Assembly (NCBI RefSeq): GCF_006345805.1
Contig: NC_043009.1
Location: 51,212,001-51,276,000, forward strand
Reading direction: 5' to 3'
DNA from: Octopus sinensis
Taxonomy: Eukaryota
DNA: 64,000 bases
Within the stretch, counting starts at the first letter, position 1, and each line of letters starts with the position of its first letter. Shown one piece after another: positions 26,528 through 40,029 of this stretch. The position numbers were made by a program, and so were the translations under genes. The notes under the pieces were generated by a model. That model ran no database searches. It was given only the letters and a program-made list of their open reading frames with translations, and was not told where the DNA came from.

Positions 26528-27051
26528 ATAGATAAAAATATTACAATCATCTACAACAATTATAACTCTCACTCCTAAAATCAATCAACTCCTGAAATGC
26601 ATCTCGTAAGTTTTCTGCCACTTCATTGGTCATTTCTTTTATGAAAGTTTTAAATTTGCTTATTCATTATAGAAATACCTTTTAATGACGTTAAGGATGT
26701 CTTACTTTTATGGTGTTTGTTCAAGTTTGCATCAAGAAACGATGATTTATGGTAACATAGTTTTAAAATATCATTGTTTTGGTCAGTTTATTAGGGAAGA
26801 TATATCCTTATGAGTGAAGGAATTTGACTGTGAAACTAAATTAAGAACTGCCTTATTGTAAATGGTATTTCACAGTTGATTGAGTTTGGATTCTTTACTT
26901 CAATAGCAGAATTTTTTGAAATACTATTATTTTGTATGCGAGTGTAAAAATCTGTTTGTTTTTTTATGCATGATACTGTTTGGGTTCGCTGTGGTTGTAT
27001 AGTCGGTTTAGGTTAATATGATTTGAAGTTTTCTTTAGTCACTATGAATTT

Positions 27052-27254
27052 CTCTCTTACTCTTTTACTTGTTTCAGTCATGTGACTGTGGCCATGCTGG
27101 AGCACCGCCTTTTAGTCGAGCAAATCGACCCCAGGACTTATTCTTTGTAAGCCTAGTACTTATTCTATCGGTCTCTTTTGCCGAACCGCGAAGTTACGAG
27201 GACGTAAACACACCAGCAACGGTTGTCAAGCGATGTTGGGGAAAAACAGACACA

Positions 27255-27292
<38 letters not shown>

Positions 27293-27460
27293 TATATACG
27301 TTGGGCTTCTTTCAGTTTCCGTCTACCAAATCTACTCACAAGGCTTTGGTCGGCCCGAGGCTATAGTAGAAAACACTTGCTCAAGGTTCTACGCAGTGGG
27401 ACTGAACCCGGAACCATGTGCTTGGTAAGCAAGCTACTTACCACACACCCACTCCTGCGC
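27052..27460 (-). mobile_element. SINE type B, full length
   Basis: tRNA-like head with B box gggttcagtccc, CORE-like ccttgagcaagt, internal (TG)n and tail gactgaaacaagtaaaagag. Confidence 0.9.
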
Positions 27461-27669
27461 TTAACTGAAGAATTTCTTTTTATTTTATGTTCATAATTGG
27501 CCAGATACTCATGGTTACTATTTCATTAGAGCATTTGTTATTTGTATCCTTTATATCCTTCTTGATGTCATAGTTGATTGGTTACGACTAAAATATTTGA
27601 AACTATAAATGTAAGTATACATACAAACGCATATACGTATGCGTATGTGTCAATGTGAGTATGTGGACA

Positions 27670-28235
27670 AGTGTAGCTGTTCTGCTCTCCCTCTTATCCT
27701 GTTTGGTCCTCGGACAATTTTTCGAAGACGAATTTTCTTTTGATGTCAGCAGCGTTATAAGATTTCATTCATCCAGTTTAGATTGTGTGTTCTGGGTGAT
27801 TATGTAACATTTTCTGCATTGATCATAGAAGAGTTTCCGTGTCATATGTATCTAACTTTGAAGGCTCTACATGTTTGTACCAATGTACCATTTTGTTCCA
27901 GTTTGCGTAATTGCTTCAGTTTTTCGGCTGTATTTTGTGTGTTTGCTTGATGTGTTTCATGTTTTTGTGCAGTTGTATTGCTTTTGTGTTTTATTTGTCG
28001 AACATTTTATAATATTTATGCTTTGTAGGGAAGTGCTTGTCCAGTATTAGTAGAAATGTGTCTGCTATATTTGTTGATACATTAAGCCTGAATGATAGGA
28101 TTAACTTCTTCATAATTTTTTTCCTGGATTTCTCTAACATGTTGTCCGTTGGTGTCGTTTCACTATATATATATACATTTATGTTTTTTGTATCATCTTC
28201 TAAATGTTTTACGTTCTTGTGCCAGATTTTTTTTT

Positions 28236-28240
<5 letters not shown>
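27670..28240 (-). pseudogene. Penelope-like element fragment (linker and endonuclease region) with a degenerate hammerhead-like motif at 27711-27754
   Basis: SFRLNVSTNIADTFLLILDKHFPTKHKYYKMFDK resembles PFSxNVxTNIGxxFLxLxDKHFP; downstream cg-CTGCTGA..GAAAAATTGTC-cg. Confidence 0.7.
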
Positions 28241-28321
<81 letters not shown>

Positions 28322-28372
28322 TATATATATACATTTATATATATATGTATATATACATATATATATATAATT

Positions 28373-28508
28373 GTTAAGTTCTATGTTTCTAGTTTGATAA
28401 TATTATTATATGATATATGGTTGTGTGTGTATGTATATATGTTAAGTTCTATGTTTCTAGTTTGATAATATTATTATATGATATATGATGTGTGTGTATA
28501 TATATGTA
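28373..28508. repeat. 68-bp tandem duplication
   Basis: gttaagttctatgtttctagtttgataatattattatatgatatatg at 28373 and 28441. Confidence 0.9.
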
Positions 28509-29221
28509 TATGTATATACATTTATTTATGTGTATGTGTGTGGGTGTGTATATATAGGTGTAAGTGTATATATTGAGTATTGTATGTATGTACTTGTATG
28601 TATGTACATGTATGTATGAGTGTGCATATGTGTATGTGTATATGTGTGTGTATATATGTGTGTATATATGCATATATATGTATATATATATACATTTATG
28701 TATGTATCCATGCATGTATATACATAGTCGCACCGACACTCAAACACATACTGTGTTTCCGACAGAATGAATTATCTTTATTATCTCTTTATGTACTCGA
28801 AACTGCATCTTCATCTTGTCGGCTACATCCACAGCATCATCTTGAGCATCATGTCCCACGACATATCATCAGATGTCTGCTCTACTCGCAACGTGACAGA
28901 AAACAATATAAGCGTTGATAAAATCACAGGCGCTAGGCATAGTTGTTTAGTTAGCCAGCTTGAGTTCATGTTTTTGGTCAACCGCAAAGTATATTCTGTG
29001 GTTAAAGAGAAGAAGCAAGCGGCAACTGAATCAAGAGAATTATTCATGGATGTGTTATCCGTGTGGAGAAACAGATGAGAAACATCTCAAACCGTGGTTT
29101 TAGTAAAAGGTTTCATTCAAATTTACGAGAATATAACTGAATATGAAAGGCGAATGAGGATATATAAACATACATACATATATACATCACACATACATAT
29201 ATATAATAATATAATATAATA

Positions 29222-29274
<53 letters not shown>

Positions 29275-29462
29275 AATGTAATATGCACATACACACACGC
29301 ACGCCCTACCCCCGCATAGAAGTATACACCAACACACAATTCCATATATAAGGACAACATATTTATGTATGAATATTCTCTAGCACGTTTCGTGTGAAGA
29401 ATTTCATGCGCATACCCTGGTGCTATGTGAGTTTTTACATACATACATACATACATACATAC

Positions 29463-29501
<39 letters not shown>

Positions 29502-29818
29502 AACAACATGTATAAACGTTTCCATAAACATACACACGCATATTAGCACATATGGACCTATATACACATTGTACATGCACACACACAATCGCACACACAT
29601 AGATAGAAAAACACACCAACATACGAACACACACACACACACTCCAACACACACACATAAATACCATACAGAGTTCTCTTTATTTATTTATAACTGTGTA
29701 TGCATATAAACACAAATTATTGCTAAAATAAACATAAATATCTTTACACAAAACCGTATAAATATTGAGATGTCGATAAATGTACGCCTGCACACAAACA
29801 CACACACACACACATATG

Positions 29819-29855
<37 letters not shown>

Positions 29856-30320
29856 TACATGCGCATATATGTAGGCATGATTCACACGCATTTATAGATA
29901 CACAGATACACACATTTCGTACGTGTACGCATCTGTGTGTGTATGTATAAGTGCGTGCGTCAGAGTACTGTCTTGTTTGTGTGTGTGTGTGTGCGTGCGA
30001 GCGTGGAGATTTCACCACACACTCCACTAAAATGCTAAGTTTACTTATGCAAAACAGAAATATGCCCAGGGAGGAATCCGGCAAAATGCAATTGTGCAGT
30101 TTTGCATACCAAATAGTCTTGACTACTTTTAACATTGATGTCATACAATCATATAGACCACTATGGAAAAGTGATGAATATAAATATATAGACACACACA
30201 TATACATGTAAATACATTCATATATATATAATATAAAACACACACACGCACACTGACACACGCGCACACACACGCAAACACACATATATTTATATATAAG
30301 TATATATATGTATATATATA

Positions 30321-30382
<62 letters not shown>

Positions 30383-30449
30383 CATATAATTATATATTAT
30401 ATATAATACATATATAATTATGTATGTAGTCTGTGTGTGTATATGCAGG

Positions 30450-30483
<34 letters not shown>

Positions 30484-30763
30484 GGGTATATGCATATTTG
30501 CCTATGTATGCTTACGTGTGTATGTACCTGTGTATGTAAATGCTTTTAAAGCGAATAATTTTCCCATTAAAAGAATCTATATGAGTGTATTTATTTATGT
30601 ACGAATGCTTAGCCGTTTGGTTGAAGTATTCGCTTTCAAACAACTTGGTCCCGTTTTCGATCTAACTGCATTGCAATTTGACCAGTGGTACTTCATCATT
30701 GCTTGGTGCTGATTCGAGGCCTCTTAGTGAAATTGAGTGGACATCAGCTCACTTAAAGTATTT

Positions 30764-31181
30764 CGAGCTGGCAGATTCATTAGTACGCCGGGTGAAATGC
30801 TTAGCGGTATTTCGTCTTTCGCCTGCCGTTACGTTCTGAGTTCAAATTCAGCCGAGGTCGACTTTGCCTTTCATCCTTTCGGGGTCGATTAAATAAGAAC
30901 CAGTTACGCACTTTGGTCGATATAATCGACTTAATCCGTTTGTCTGTCCTTGTTTGTCCTCTCTGTGTTTACTTCCTTATGGGTAGTAAAGAAATAGGTA
31001 TTTCGTCTGCCGCTACGTCCTGAGTTCAAATTCCGCCGAGGGCGACCTTGCCTTTCGTCCTTTCGGGGTCGATTAAATAAGTACCAGTTACGCACTGGGG
31101 TCGATATAATCGTCTTAATCCGTTTGTCTGTCCTTGTTTGTCCTCTCTGTGTTTAGCCCCTTGTTGGTAGTAAAGAAATAG
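30764..31181 (+). mobile_element. SINE type A, nested pair
   Basis: Junction aaagaaata|ggtatttcgtc at 30996/30997. Confidence 0.9.
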
Positions 31182-32413
31182 ATTAACTAACAATTATGCT
31201 TTATCACACACGATGATATGCAAATGCTGACAGTGGATGGGATCTATGATATCTAACTTCTTCCAGAAATCTTGTGCTGTAGGTTTATCTTCAAAATCTT
31301 TCATTAGTTGTTCGGACTTTGTCCTCAGCTAATATTCCTTGCACATAGCTATCTCACTTTGATTTCCGTGATATACTGAGCCATTTAGACAAATAATTCA
31401 CTGACAATATAGTTCAGTTGATAAAGCCATGAGATTATTCATTATGGCGTCCAACATTGTGTAAGTTGTATTTCGCTTGTTTTGAAACCAAGAGGGAAGG
31501 TAATGACGATGACTCGTTGCAGAACCTCTCAGGCTGTATGAATGGAAAGAGGACGGTATCTTCACATTGGTGACCCATCAAGAACTCTTTCAATAGAAAG
31601 GGCTTCGATAAAGGCTCTCAAGATCCAGGTAATTATCTTAAACCTACAGGCGGTTTCGGTCAATCAACTCCTCTCTTATTGTTTTATTCACTTCATATGT
31701 CTCACCAGCTTATGCAAATTGGTTTCAAATTTAGGCACAAAGCCAACAAGTGCCGGAGAGGGGTTCAGTCGTTTATATCGGCCCCAGTGCTCAGCTAGTA
31801 CTTATTTTAAGGACACCGAAAGGACGAGCAGTAAAGTCGACATCGGCAGAATTTGAACTACGAACGTAAATACGGTCGAAATGCTGCGAAGCATTTTGCC
31901 TGCGTGCTAATATTTCTGTACGTTTGTTGCCTTATCAGTGTATCCATATTAAAACCAAAGATTCGGTCTCGGTTCTATCATGTGTATCTAATAAATCGAT
32001 CCATTTTCTCCTAAGTAGAAAAACATTCAATATTCGTAGATACTTCTTCCTGTAAGCTATACGAAACGACATATCGTTAAGTCGATATATTTCTATTATT
32101 TCCAGTACCGAATTATTTGTATGTTTTCGTATCTGTTCTCTCATCGTCTTCATCGCTATAACTGTGTACCTTGAAGTGAATAATTTTCTCGGTCTTTAGT
32201 TAATAGTTTGGGAGATGCAATGGTTTCCATGATTCTATCTTTTGTTTTGCGTTTTGTCTGTGCTTAATTTTTCACCTCATATTCTCCCTCTCACTCTTTC
32301 ACTCTTCTTTCTATCTCACTCTATGCATTTATGTATACATACATTATACATACAAATACACAAACAGATACGCATACATACATACATACATACATACGTG
32401 TATGTTTGTATGT

Positions 32414-32452
<39 letters not shown>

Positions 32453-32665
32453 GGAGTGTGTGAGTGTGCATGTATGGATAGATGGATGTATGCATATGTG
32501 TATGTTTGCATGTTTGTTTTTATGAAATACGTATGCCTAAGATGTATGCAAATATATTGACGAATACTCACATATTTTAACATGCAAACATAGTTATGCA
32601 CACAAATATATATAAATATTGTTTTATAGACACATATGCGTATGTGTGAGTATAAGTTCTCTTTC

Positions 32666-32709
<44 letters not shown>

Positions 32710-33297
32710 TGTAAGTGTTTATGAGTTTGCGTTGCTGTGTGTATGTACACGATTGCTAGTTATTTCCGCGCTGCGGGCATGTGAGCTGCCTTTGCGAATA
32801 TTTCATTTGAAATTGTTTAAACTGAAAGAAAGACTTAAAGAAAAAAAAAGTCGTTTATATATTTATCTCATAGAAGAATGCAGAAAAATAACTTTTCTTT
32901 TTTTGTTTGTCTCTCATTAATATATCATTCGTAATTAACAAAAAAGAGACTAATTAGATCTCTCCAGGAAATGATAGTATCGTGGCGATGACGATGAAAT
33001 CAGCGTGAATGCCGCCAAAATTCTCTCCAAGATCATCTCTTGTGTTCTTACAACCGAATATGTAATAAATTAGAGCCAATCATTAACTGAATGAAATGAA
33101 AAGCAGCAACCAAAATTCCATATGAATATTCACTTCACATCTCTTTTTGCGATATGAGTTCAAATATCACGACGTGACCATTACCCATCACTCTTGTTTG
33201 AGTCTATAAAATAGTTACCAATCGATAAATTATTTATTACGGAGATGTACTTGCATAGCAAGTGACCTAATCTGAGATCTTGCGCTGGAATGAAAAC

Positions 33298-33570
33298 AAT
33301 TTTAGCGTGGAAGGTGTTTATAAGCCATTTAAGAAACACACTAAAACCGTTAGATTCACTTCAACATTTAAATTTAATTTGTCTAAATATTTTGGTCGCT
33401 TTCAGACCGTGACTTGTTCACGGAGATGCAGTACGGAGTTTTGTCAGTGAACAGGTCGCGGTCTCAAAGCGACGAAAATATTTTGTCAAATTAAATTTAA
33501 ATGTTGAAGTGAATCTAACGGTTTTTGTGTGTTTCTTAAATGGCTTATAAACACCTTCCACGCTGAAATT
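33298..33570. mobile_element. Head-to-head inverted pair of PLE-type terminal repeats (~124-bp arms, 25-bp spacer)
   Basis: agcgtggaaggtgtttataagccatttaagaaacacac... is mirrored by ...gtgtgtttcttaaatggcttataaacaccttccacgct. Confidence 0.75.
33440..33490 (+). ncRNA. Minimal hammerhead motif with G3-C8 covariant core (GUGAACA)
   Basis: tttgtca-GTGAACA-g-GTCGC ggtctcaaa GCGAC-GAAA ATAT TT-tgtcaaa. The other arm reads gacaaa, which restores stem I pairing at the mismatch. Confidence 0.6.
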
Positions 33571-34737
33571 ATTTATTATTATCATGTAATCAATGATAAT
33601 TTTGATTGAACAACTGAATGTTCCTCCTCGAAATGTGAAATATCTCCCTACCCACCAAATATGTTAGACAGCATTGCTGTTTCCTTCTGGGAAGTTTCCT
33701 GTTACGCACCGCTATAGCCATATCCAGGAAACCATTTATAATATTTGAAATGAATTATAAGAACATTTTAAAACTGGAACCAGAGTACAGGATTTTACAA
33801 AGTTCTACAATTGCGTACATAGATTTTATGGGATTAAACCGATGAAAGCTGAATAAATCTACAAGGATAATGATAGGACACCCTTTTTTTGTTAAGCAAC
33901 ATATCCAGCAAGAACTCGAAATGAAGGACATAGGTCAAGATATATTGCTAAAATGCCCTAAAACACATCTATGAAATATGTATTTGACTTTAAGGTGAGT
34001 TAAGAGTTAAAAACCCCACAATTAACGGTCCTAGTTGGTCTGAGTGCTATTACAAATATAAAGAAAGACCGTGAACTGCGAGAAAAGAAAAAAATATTGC
34101 TCAAATGGAACTTAATTGTATGATATAAATTTGAACTCAGATCTACAATTTGGTCGACAACAACATTAGCACTTGACTATTTAACCTCAACGCATGCTTG
34201 TTTTGTATTTGTTTAGTTCCAGTTCAGACTTCATCCAACAGAACGACAATGATCAAAGAAATTCCGGCTTTCTTGCCTTTTATTTTTAATGGTCATCACG
34301 AATCTGTGAATACAGCAGCCAAAATGCCCTTCCTCTTTTCTCCCTTTCCTTTTTCTTTTGTTTTGTTGATAGATAACCAAGGGATGGGAATCGTAAGGGC
34401 TGGAATGTCTTTGATCATATAAGTTCCCTCGAGAAGGGCTGTCACGGGTCTAAGAATCAACAACGTCAAGAATAGCAACAATAACAATAAAATTTGACAA
34501 TTTACCTCCTCGTGGCACCGCATGTATTATTGAAGAAAAATATTGAGTTGTTCGCAAATAATTTCTACGCATTCTGTGTTTCCGTGAATATAAATATTTT
34601 TCTTTCCGAGGAATCAACAAAGTTTCTATCTCCAGCAGAAATAGCGTATTATTTCTTTAGGACTTCGAGATGATTCGAAAACTTTGAACTTTTAGTCATT
34701 CTCTCTCCCTTTTTTTTTTCTATACCTTGCTCTGATA

Positions 34738-34772
<35 letters not shown>

Positions 34773-35024
34773 CTAAATAAATAAATGAATGAATAAATAA
34801 ATGTATAAATTGATAAGTAAATAAATACCGGAATTTTCAAAAGTATTGCGATAAGGAAAAAATATTTTGAAGAATCATTGGCAGATTCTCATATCAGAGA
34901 CGGTATATGTATATATATGTATGTATCTATGTGTGCGTGTATGTATACGCATATTCAATTTTATATACATGTTTATGTATATAATATTTATACATATATA
35001 TATATATGCATCGTATATATATAT

Positions 35025-35070
<46 letters not shown>

Positions 35071-35283
35071 ATATAAAACACATATATGTTTATATATATA
35101 ACATATATATTTATATATATGTACATATATAAAATATAATATGTTTATATATATAAAAATTATATATGTGTGCATATATATGTACACACATACATCATAT
35201 ATATATATAATGCATATATATATATATATATATATCTATATATATATATATATATATATAAATGTATATACATATACATACAT

Positions 35284-35323
<40 letters not shown>

Positions 35324-35757
35324 TTATACACCTATTCCAAACAGTTAGTCATACACACACACACACACATATATATTTGTTGTCATATATATATATAAGT
35401 ATGACATAACGGGTTATTAAAATAATGTCAGCTGAGATTTCTAGAATTGGTTTTACACTTCAAATATCTTTTCAGCTAAAAAAAGAGCAAAAAAAAAAAA
35501 GAAAACAGATTAAAAATGCAAATATCGCCCCAAAAAAACCAAACGAAACGAAAATGACAAACGCTCTATGCAGGATAACTTGTTTGTCAACTGTCATGTC
35601 GATGGGAAGATTGGCTGGTTTGAGTTTATTTCTTCTTAAATATTTCCCTGTTTTATATGTTGATCCACGTAAAAATGATATCAGTGTGTATGAGGTATGA
35701 CTACTTGTCTGCAAAAAGTATATAAAAAGCGGAATAAGTTATTTTGCTGGAGTAAGA

Positions 35758-35795
35758 TGAGTTACATTTCGAGTAGGAGCCTTCGTCATAGAGAA
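35758..35795 (-). ncRNA. Degenerate hammerhead-like motif
   Basis: Minus strand: ATGACGA aggctcctactc GAAAT GTA actc; core and stems are decayed. Confidence 0.3.
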
Positions 35796-35830
35796 CAAAA
35801 GCAGGGGAAGAAGTGGGAGAGATGAGGAGG

Positions 35831-35889
<59 letters not shown>

Positions 35890-36119
35890 TGTGCGAGAGA
35901 GAGGTGGTGAAATACATGTGTTGCTGAATAAATAGATGCGTAGCAACGAGAAGTAGAACAACCTTAATAGTTAATTTTAATGGAAAGGAAGAGGCTAAGA
36001 AGTAGAAACTTCGATATTGAGTTCGAATTTGCAGCAAGTATTTTAGTTTATTTCTGGGTACGAGGTTTGTTTTTTTCTACTTTACCGTTGTTTACTTACA
36101 TGTTGGGAAATTGTAGTTT

Positions 36120-36600
36120 TTACGGCAAAATCGACCTCGGTGGAATTTGAACTCAGAAGGTAAGACAAACGAATTGCCGCGAAGCATTTTGTCTGGTTTG
36201 CTAACGATTCTACTAGCTTACCGGCTTGGTGATATTACAATAATGCTTGCCTTTCATCCTTTCGGGAGTCGATAAATTAAGTACCAGTTGCATACCGGGG
36301 TCGATCTAATCGACTGGCCCCCACCTCCCCCAAAATTTCGGGCCTTGTCTAAAGTAGAAAACGATATTACTATAGTGCTGAGTTTCAAGACAGTGAGACG
36401 GTAGAATCATTAACGCGCCGTGCGAAGTACTTAGCAGTATTCCGCCCGTTTTTACGTTTTGAATTCAAATTCAGCCGTGATCGACGGTGCCTTTAATTCG
36501 TTCAGGGGCCGATAAAATAAGTATATATTTGAGTGCTGGGATCCATGAAAACAACTTACCGTCCCAGAAATTTCTAGCCTTGTCCTAAAATCTGAAACCA
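36120..36600. mobile_element. Cluster of SINE type A fragments in both orientations
   Basis: Type A head and core motifs at ~36125-36225 (-), 36248-36360 (+) and 36388-36600 (+). Confidence 0.75.
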
Positions 36601-36754
36601 ATAAAATGTCAAGTTTCACCATCCGTTGCAACAGAAGGTCGGATGAGTGAGTCTACAAGCATTCGAGCGCAGAAACGCACTAGATTCTGGATAAGTCGTC
36701 TATTTATTATGCATTATAACGTATTTATATCAATATGGCAATACATTGTATTTG

Positions 36755-36854
36755 NNNNNNNNNNNNNNNNNNNNNNNNNNNNNNNNNNNNNNNNNNNNNN
36801 NNNNNNNNNNNNNNNNNNNNNNNNNNNNNNNNNNNNNNNNNNNNNNNNNNNNNN
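36755..36854. other. Assembly gap (100 N)
   Basis: Run of exactly 100 N; adjacency across it is not guaranteed. Confidence 1.
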
Positions 36855-37864
36855 ATTAACAGCAACAACAACCACCCTCGGACGATGTATTCTTGTATAT
36901 TTCCAGTATTTTCATCGACAGACTCAAATACCGTAAAGCGAGTCTTTACTCTATTTGTTTCAGAAAACTAAAATACTTATTCAATCACTTCATATGTGGC
37001 GTGCTGACGAATTAGGTCAACCGATAATAGAATTCCAATACTTTTTAAGCTTTTGTGGTCTACACGAAATGATTTTCCATGATGTTTACTGCGGTCTAAG
37101 GCGTTGTAAACAACACATCCACAAAGTTGGATGTGTTAATTAATAGTCGTTGCCTAAGCCATTTCTGTTGCTAACAGCTAACATATATAACTGTAAGGAT
37201 AATCTTGGAACTTGACCGATGAGAGAAGGCTACGAATGGCCCGTGCATATTTTGTCATGTCCGACTTTTTGTTGTTTTGTTCTGACCGTCTTCGTATCGT
37301 CTATTTGTCCGGATTTTTTTATTGTTTTCTGTTCCGTTCTCATTCCAGCTTTTAGATATACATACATACATACATACCATACATACATACATACATACAT
37401 ATATACATACATATATATATATATACAATATACATATATATATATTTATATGTATACATATATATGTATATTATTATATCTATATATATATATTATATAT
37501 ATATTATATATATATATGTCCTGTTTTGTTTGTTGTTTATTTTTATTTTTACCGTTATTGTTTTTACGTTTTTGTATTATTTGGTGTCACGTATTCTGTA
37601 TTTTTGTTTGTGTACTTCGTTCGTTTTCCGTCCTCGCGTTGTATACATTCGAAGCTTTCTTCAGGGGATCTAATGCGCTGGCTTAGATTTCCCTTGGGGG
37701 CTGGCCATATCGGAGCAATCTCAAGATTATCAGCCGAAATTGCTAAGATGATCTGGTTCTTGACTGATGACTGAGGGCTTCGAATGTCCCATCCTGTGGT
37801 TTTGTGTCGTCTCTGTGGTGTTTCATGTTCTTGTCCATGTCTGTAATTATTTTTTACTGTTACC

Positions 37865-37900
<36 letters not shown>

Positions 37901-38461
37901 AAATATATATAAGCTGTACAGACCCGCCGAACTTGGGTCTGTACCGCTTAGATTCCTTATCGTATCAAGCTTTCCTATCAGAAGAGAAGGAACCGGAAGG
38001 GATAGTTGCGAGGCATTTTGTGCGACACTTCTGTCAATCTACCGCTTTGCATTGATCTTTTCTTTTATCAATCCTGAAAGACTGAAAATCTGCGGGGTTT
38101 GTACTCTGCTCGCAGAGACTAAGTACGTCCACCATGACCCACTTTCTGCTTATATTCTACCCCGTCTTAAAACACACACACTCACACATATATATTAGAC
38201 TATTGGTTTCCATTCTGGGGGGGATTGCAAATCTCATGGGAGCAGGATGGTTTTGAAAGGGTAGGGGGAAACAAAAAGGAGTTTTCTAGATTTACTATTA
38301 GAAAATAGACTTATATCTTGCTCTCTCCTGGACCTGCTTCGAGGACCTGGAACATACATCATTTGTGATCCACTCTACGCTTTCCATAACGTGTTGCAAG
38401 CTTTTGACTGATTGTATCAGCATTGGATTGAAACTGAAATATATCTTTACAACGGATACGT

Positions 38462-38501
38462 CTACCGAAGATCCAAACGCGCAACGGACGAAACGGTATA
38501 G
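38462..38501 (+). ncRNA. Minimal hammerhead motif, core CCGAAGA (U4C)
   Basis: cta-CCGAAGA-TCC aaacgcgcaac GGA c-GAAAC G GTA-tag. Confidence 0.5.
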
Positions 38502-38943
38502 CTACTCTTTTCAGCCCGCTTCTTGTAAAAATGTGACATCACTTTATATGTAGTTCTGTGCGCAAAAAAAATTATTAAGCATTGTTAGAATGGGGGAGGG
38601 GGAAAGATTGCTGGTAAAATGTATTATAGAATGTAGACCCTGATTTACTTAAATTAAGGTGAGACGACCATGCTTGGAACACTTTGGTCATACATTCACT
38701 CTATCAATCAGAGTTATTCTGCATTAAGCAACAACAACAACAACGACAACGATAACGAATGAGATTCATAAGAAAATGAAATAAATAAAAGCACTAAAAC
38801 ACAGGAAATACGCATCCTCACACACACCTACGTAAGCAATCTTTCACTTGCACATGTATGAAAAATATAGAGGTACATACTTGCACACACGTATACATAC
38901 GCATACATATACATAAAGCTATACATACACACATGCACGCATA

Positions 38944-38981
<38 letters not shown>

Positions 38982-39650
38982 CATATGCATACATACATAT
39001 ATATATTATATATGCATATATATATATATGATATATATACTTATATATATATATATATAGATATATATATATATATGTGTGGTGTGTGTGTGTGTGTGTG
39101 TGTGTGGGTGTGTGTGTGGGTGTATTATAAATCATAGCTAACGAAAATATCGAAAGTATATATAAATGATGCCAAAAGAGAAAAAAAGATGCAAAAAATA
39201 TAACGAATGAAATACATTTTTCATCCTAATAAAATTTTTATATATATTATATGAAACATAAAATTTTTCTAGTATATGTTTATGTAATATAGTTATCTAT
39301 AATATGTATTTATTATGAATAATATATATTTTAATGAAAAATATGTATTTAATATTTCAAATGTATGAGAGCGGTTTGATGGCATATTTTCTGTTTATAA
39401 GTTATTCACCTTTCCGTGTGGATGTGTGTGTATGACAGTGTATATGTATATGTTCAAGTTCTATGTGTATGTGCGTTCTGTATATACGTATGTATATATG
39501 TATGTATATCTATCTATCAGTGTGGGGGTATGTGTGTTCGTGTGTGTGTGTGTGCTTATACGACTGTTTAAGCTTTTATTTATATGCATATACCAACGTT
39601 TCATATATATGAACAGAATATATATGTCTGTATATATTTAAACATTAATA

Positions 39651-39694
<44 letters not shown>

Positions 39695-39719
39695 CATCTA
39701 TCTATCTACCTATCTATCG

Positions 39720-39754
<35 letters not shown>

Positions 39755-39834
39755 CTCCTATCTACCCCTACCTACCTACCTACCTACCTACCTATCTATC
39801 TATCTATCTATCTATCTACCTACCTACCTATCTA

Positions 39835-39869
<35 letters not shown>

Positions 39870-39893
39870 CCTACCTACTTATCTATCTATCTG

Positions 39894-39929
<36 letters not shown>

Positions 39930-39966
39930 CCTATCTATCTATATATCTATCTATATCTATCTATCT

Positions 39967-40001
<35 letters not shown>

Positions 40002-40029
40002 TACCTACCTACCTACTACCTACCTACCT

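Noticed and set aside
28767-29078. 103-aa ORF in unique sequence with N-glycosylation-like motifs
   Set aside because: No recognisable domain or exon chain; could be a UTR exon but cannot be supported.
29068-29102. CAGATGA..AAACCGTGGTT hammerhead-like layout
   Set aside because: Lacks the catalytic G12 and has only A-T stem I pairing; no PLE context.
31200-34130. Possible pogo-like (31200-31400, minus) and R4-like C-terminal (33650-34100) remnants
   Set aside because: Only a few suggestive residues across frameshifts; too decayed to call without a search.
37211-37795. Two related C(C/T)GATGA...GAAT motifs as hammerheads
   Set aside because: The segments are related repeats, but stems I and III do not form and GAAA is absent.
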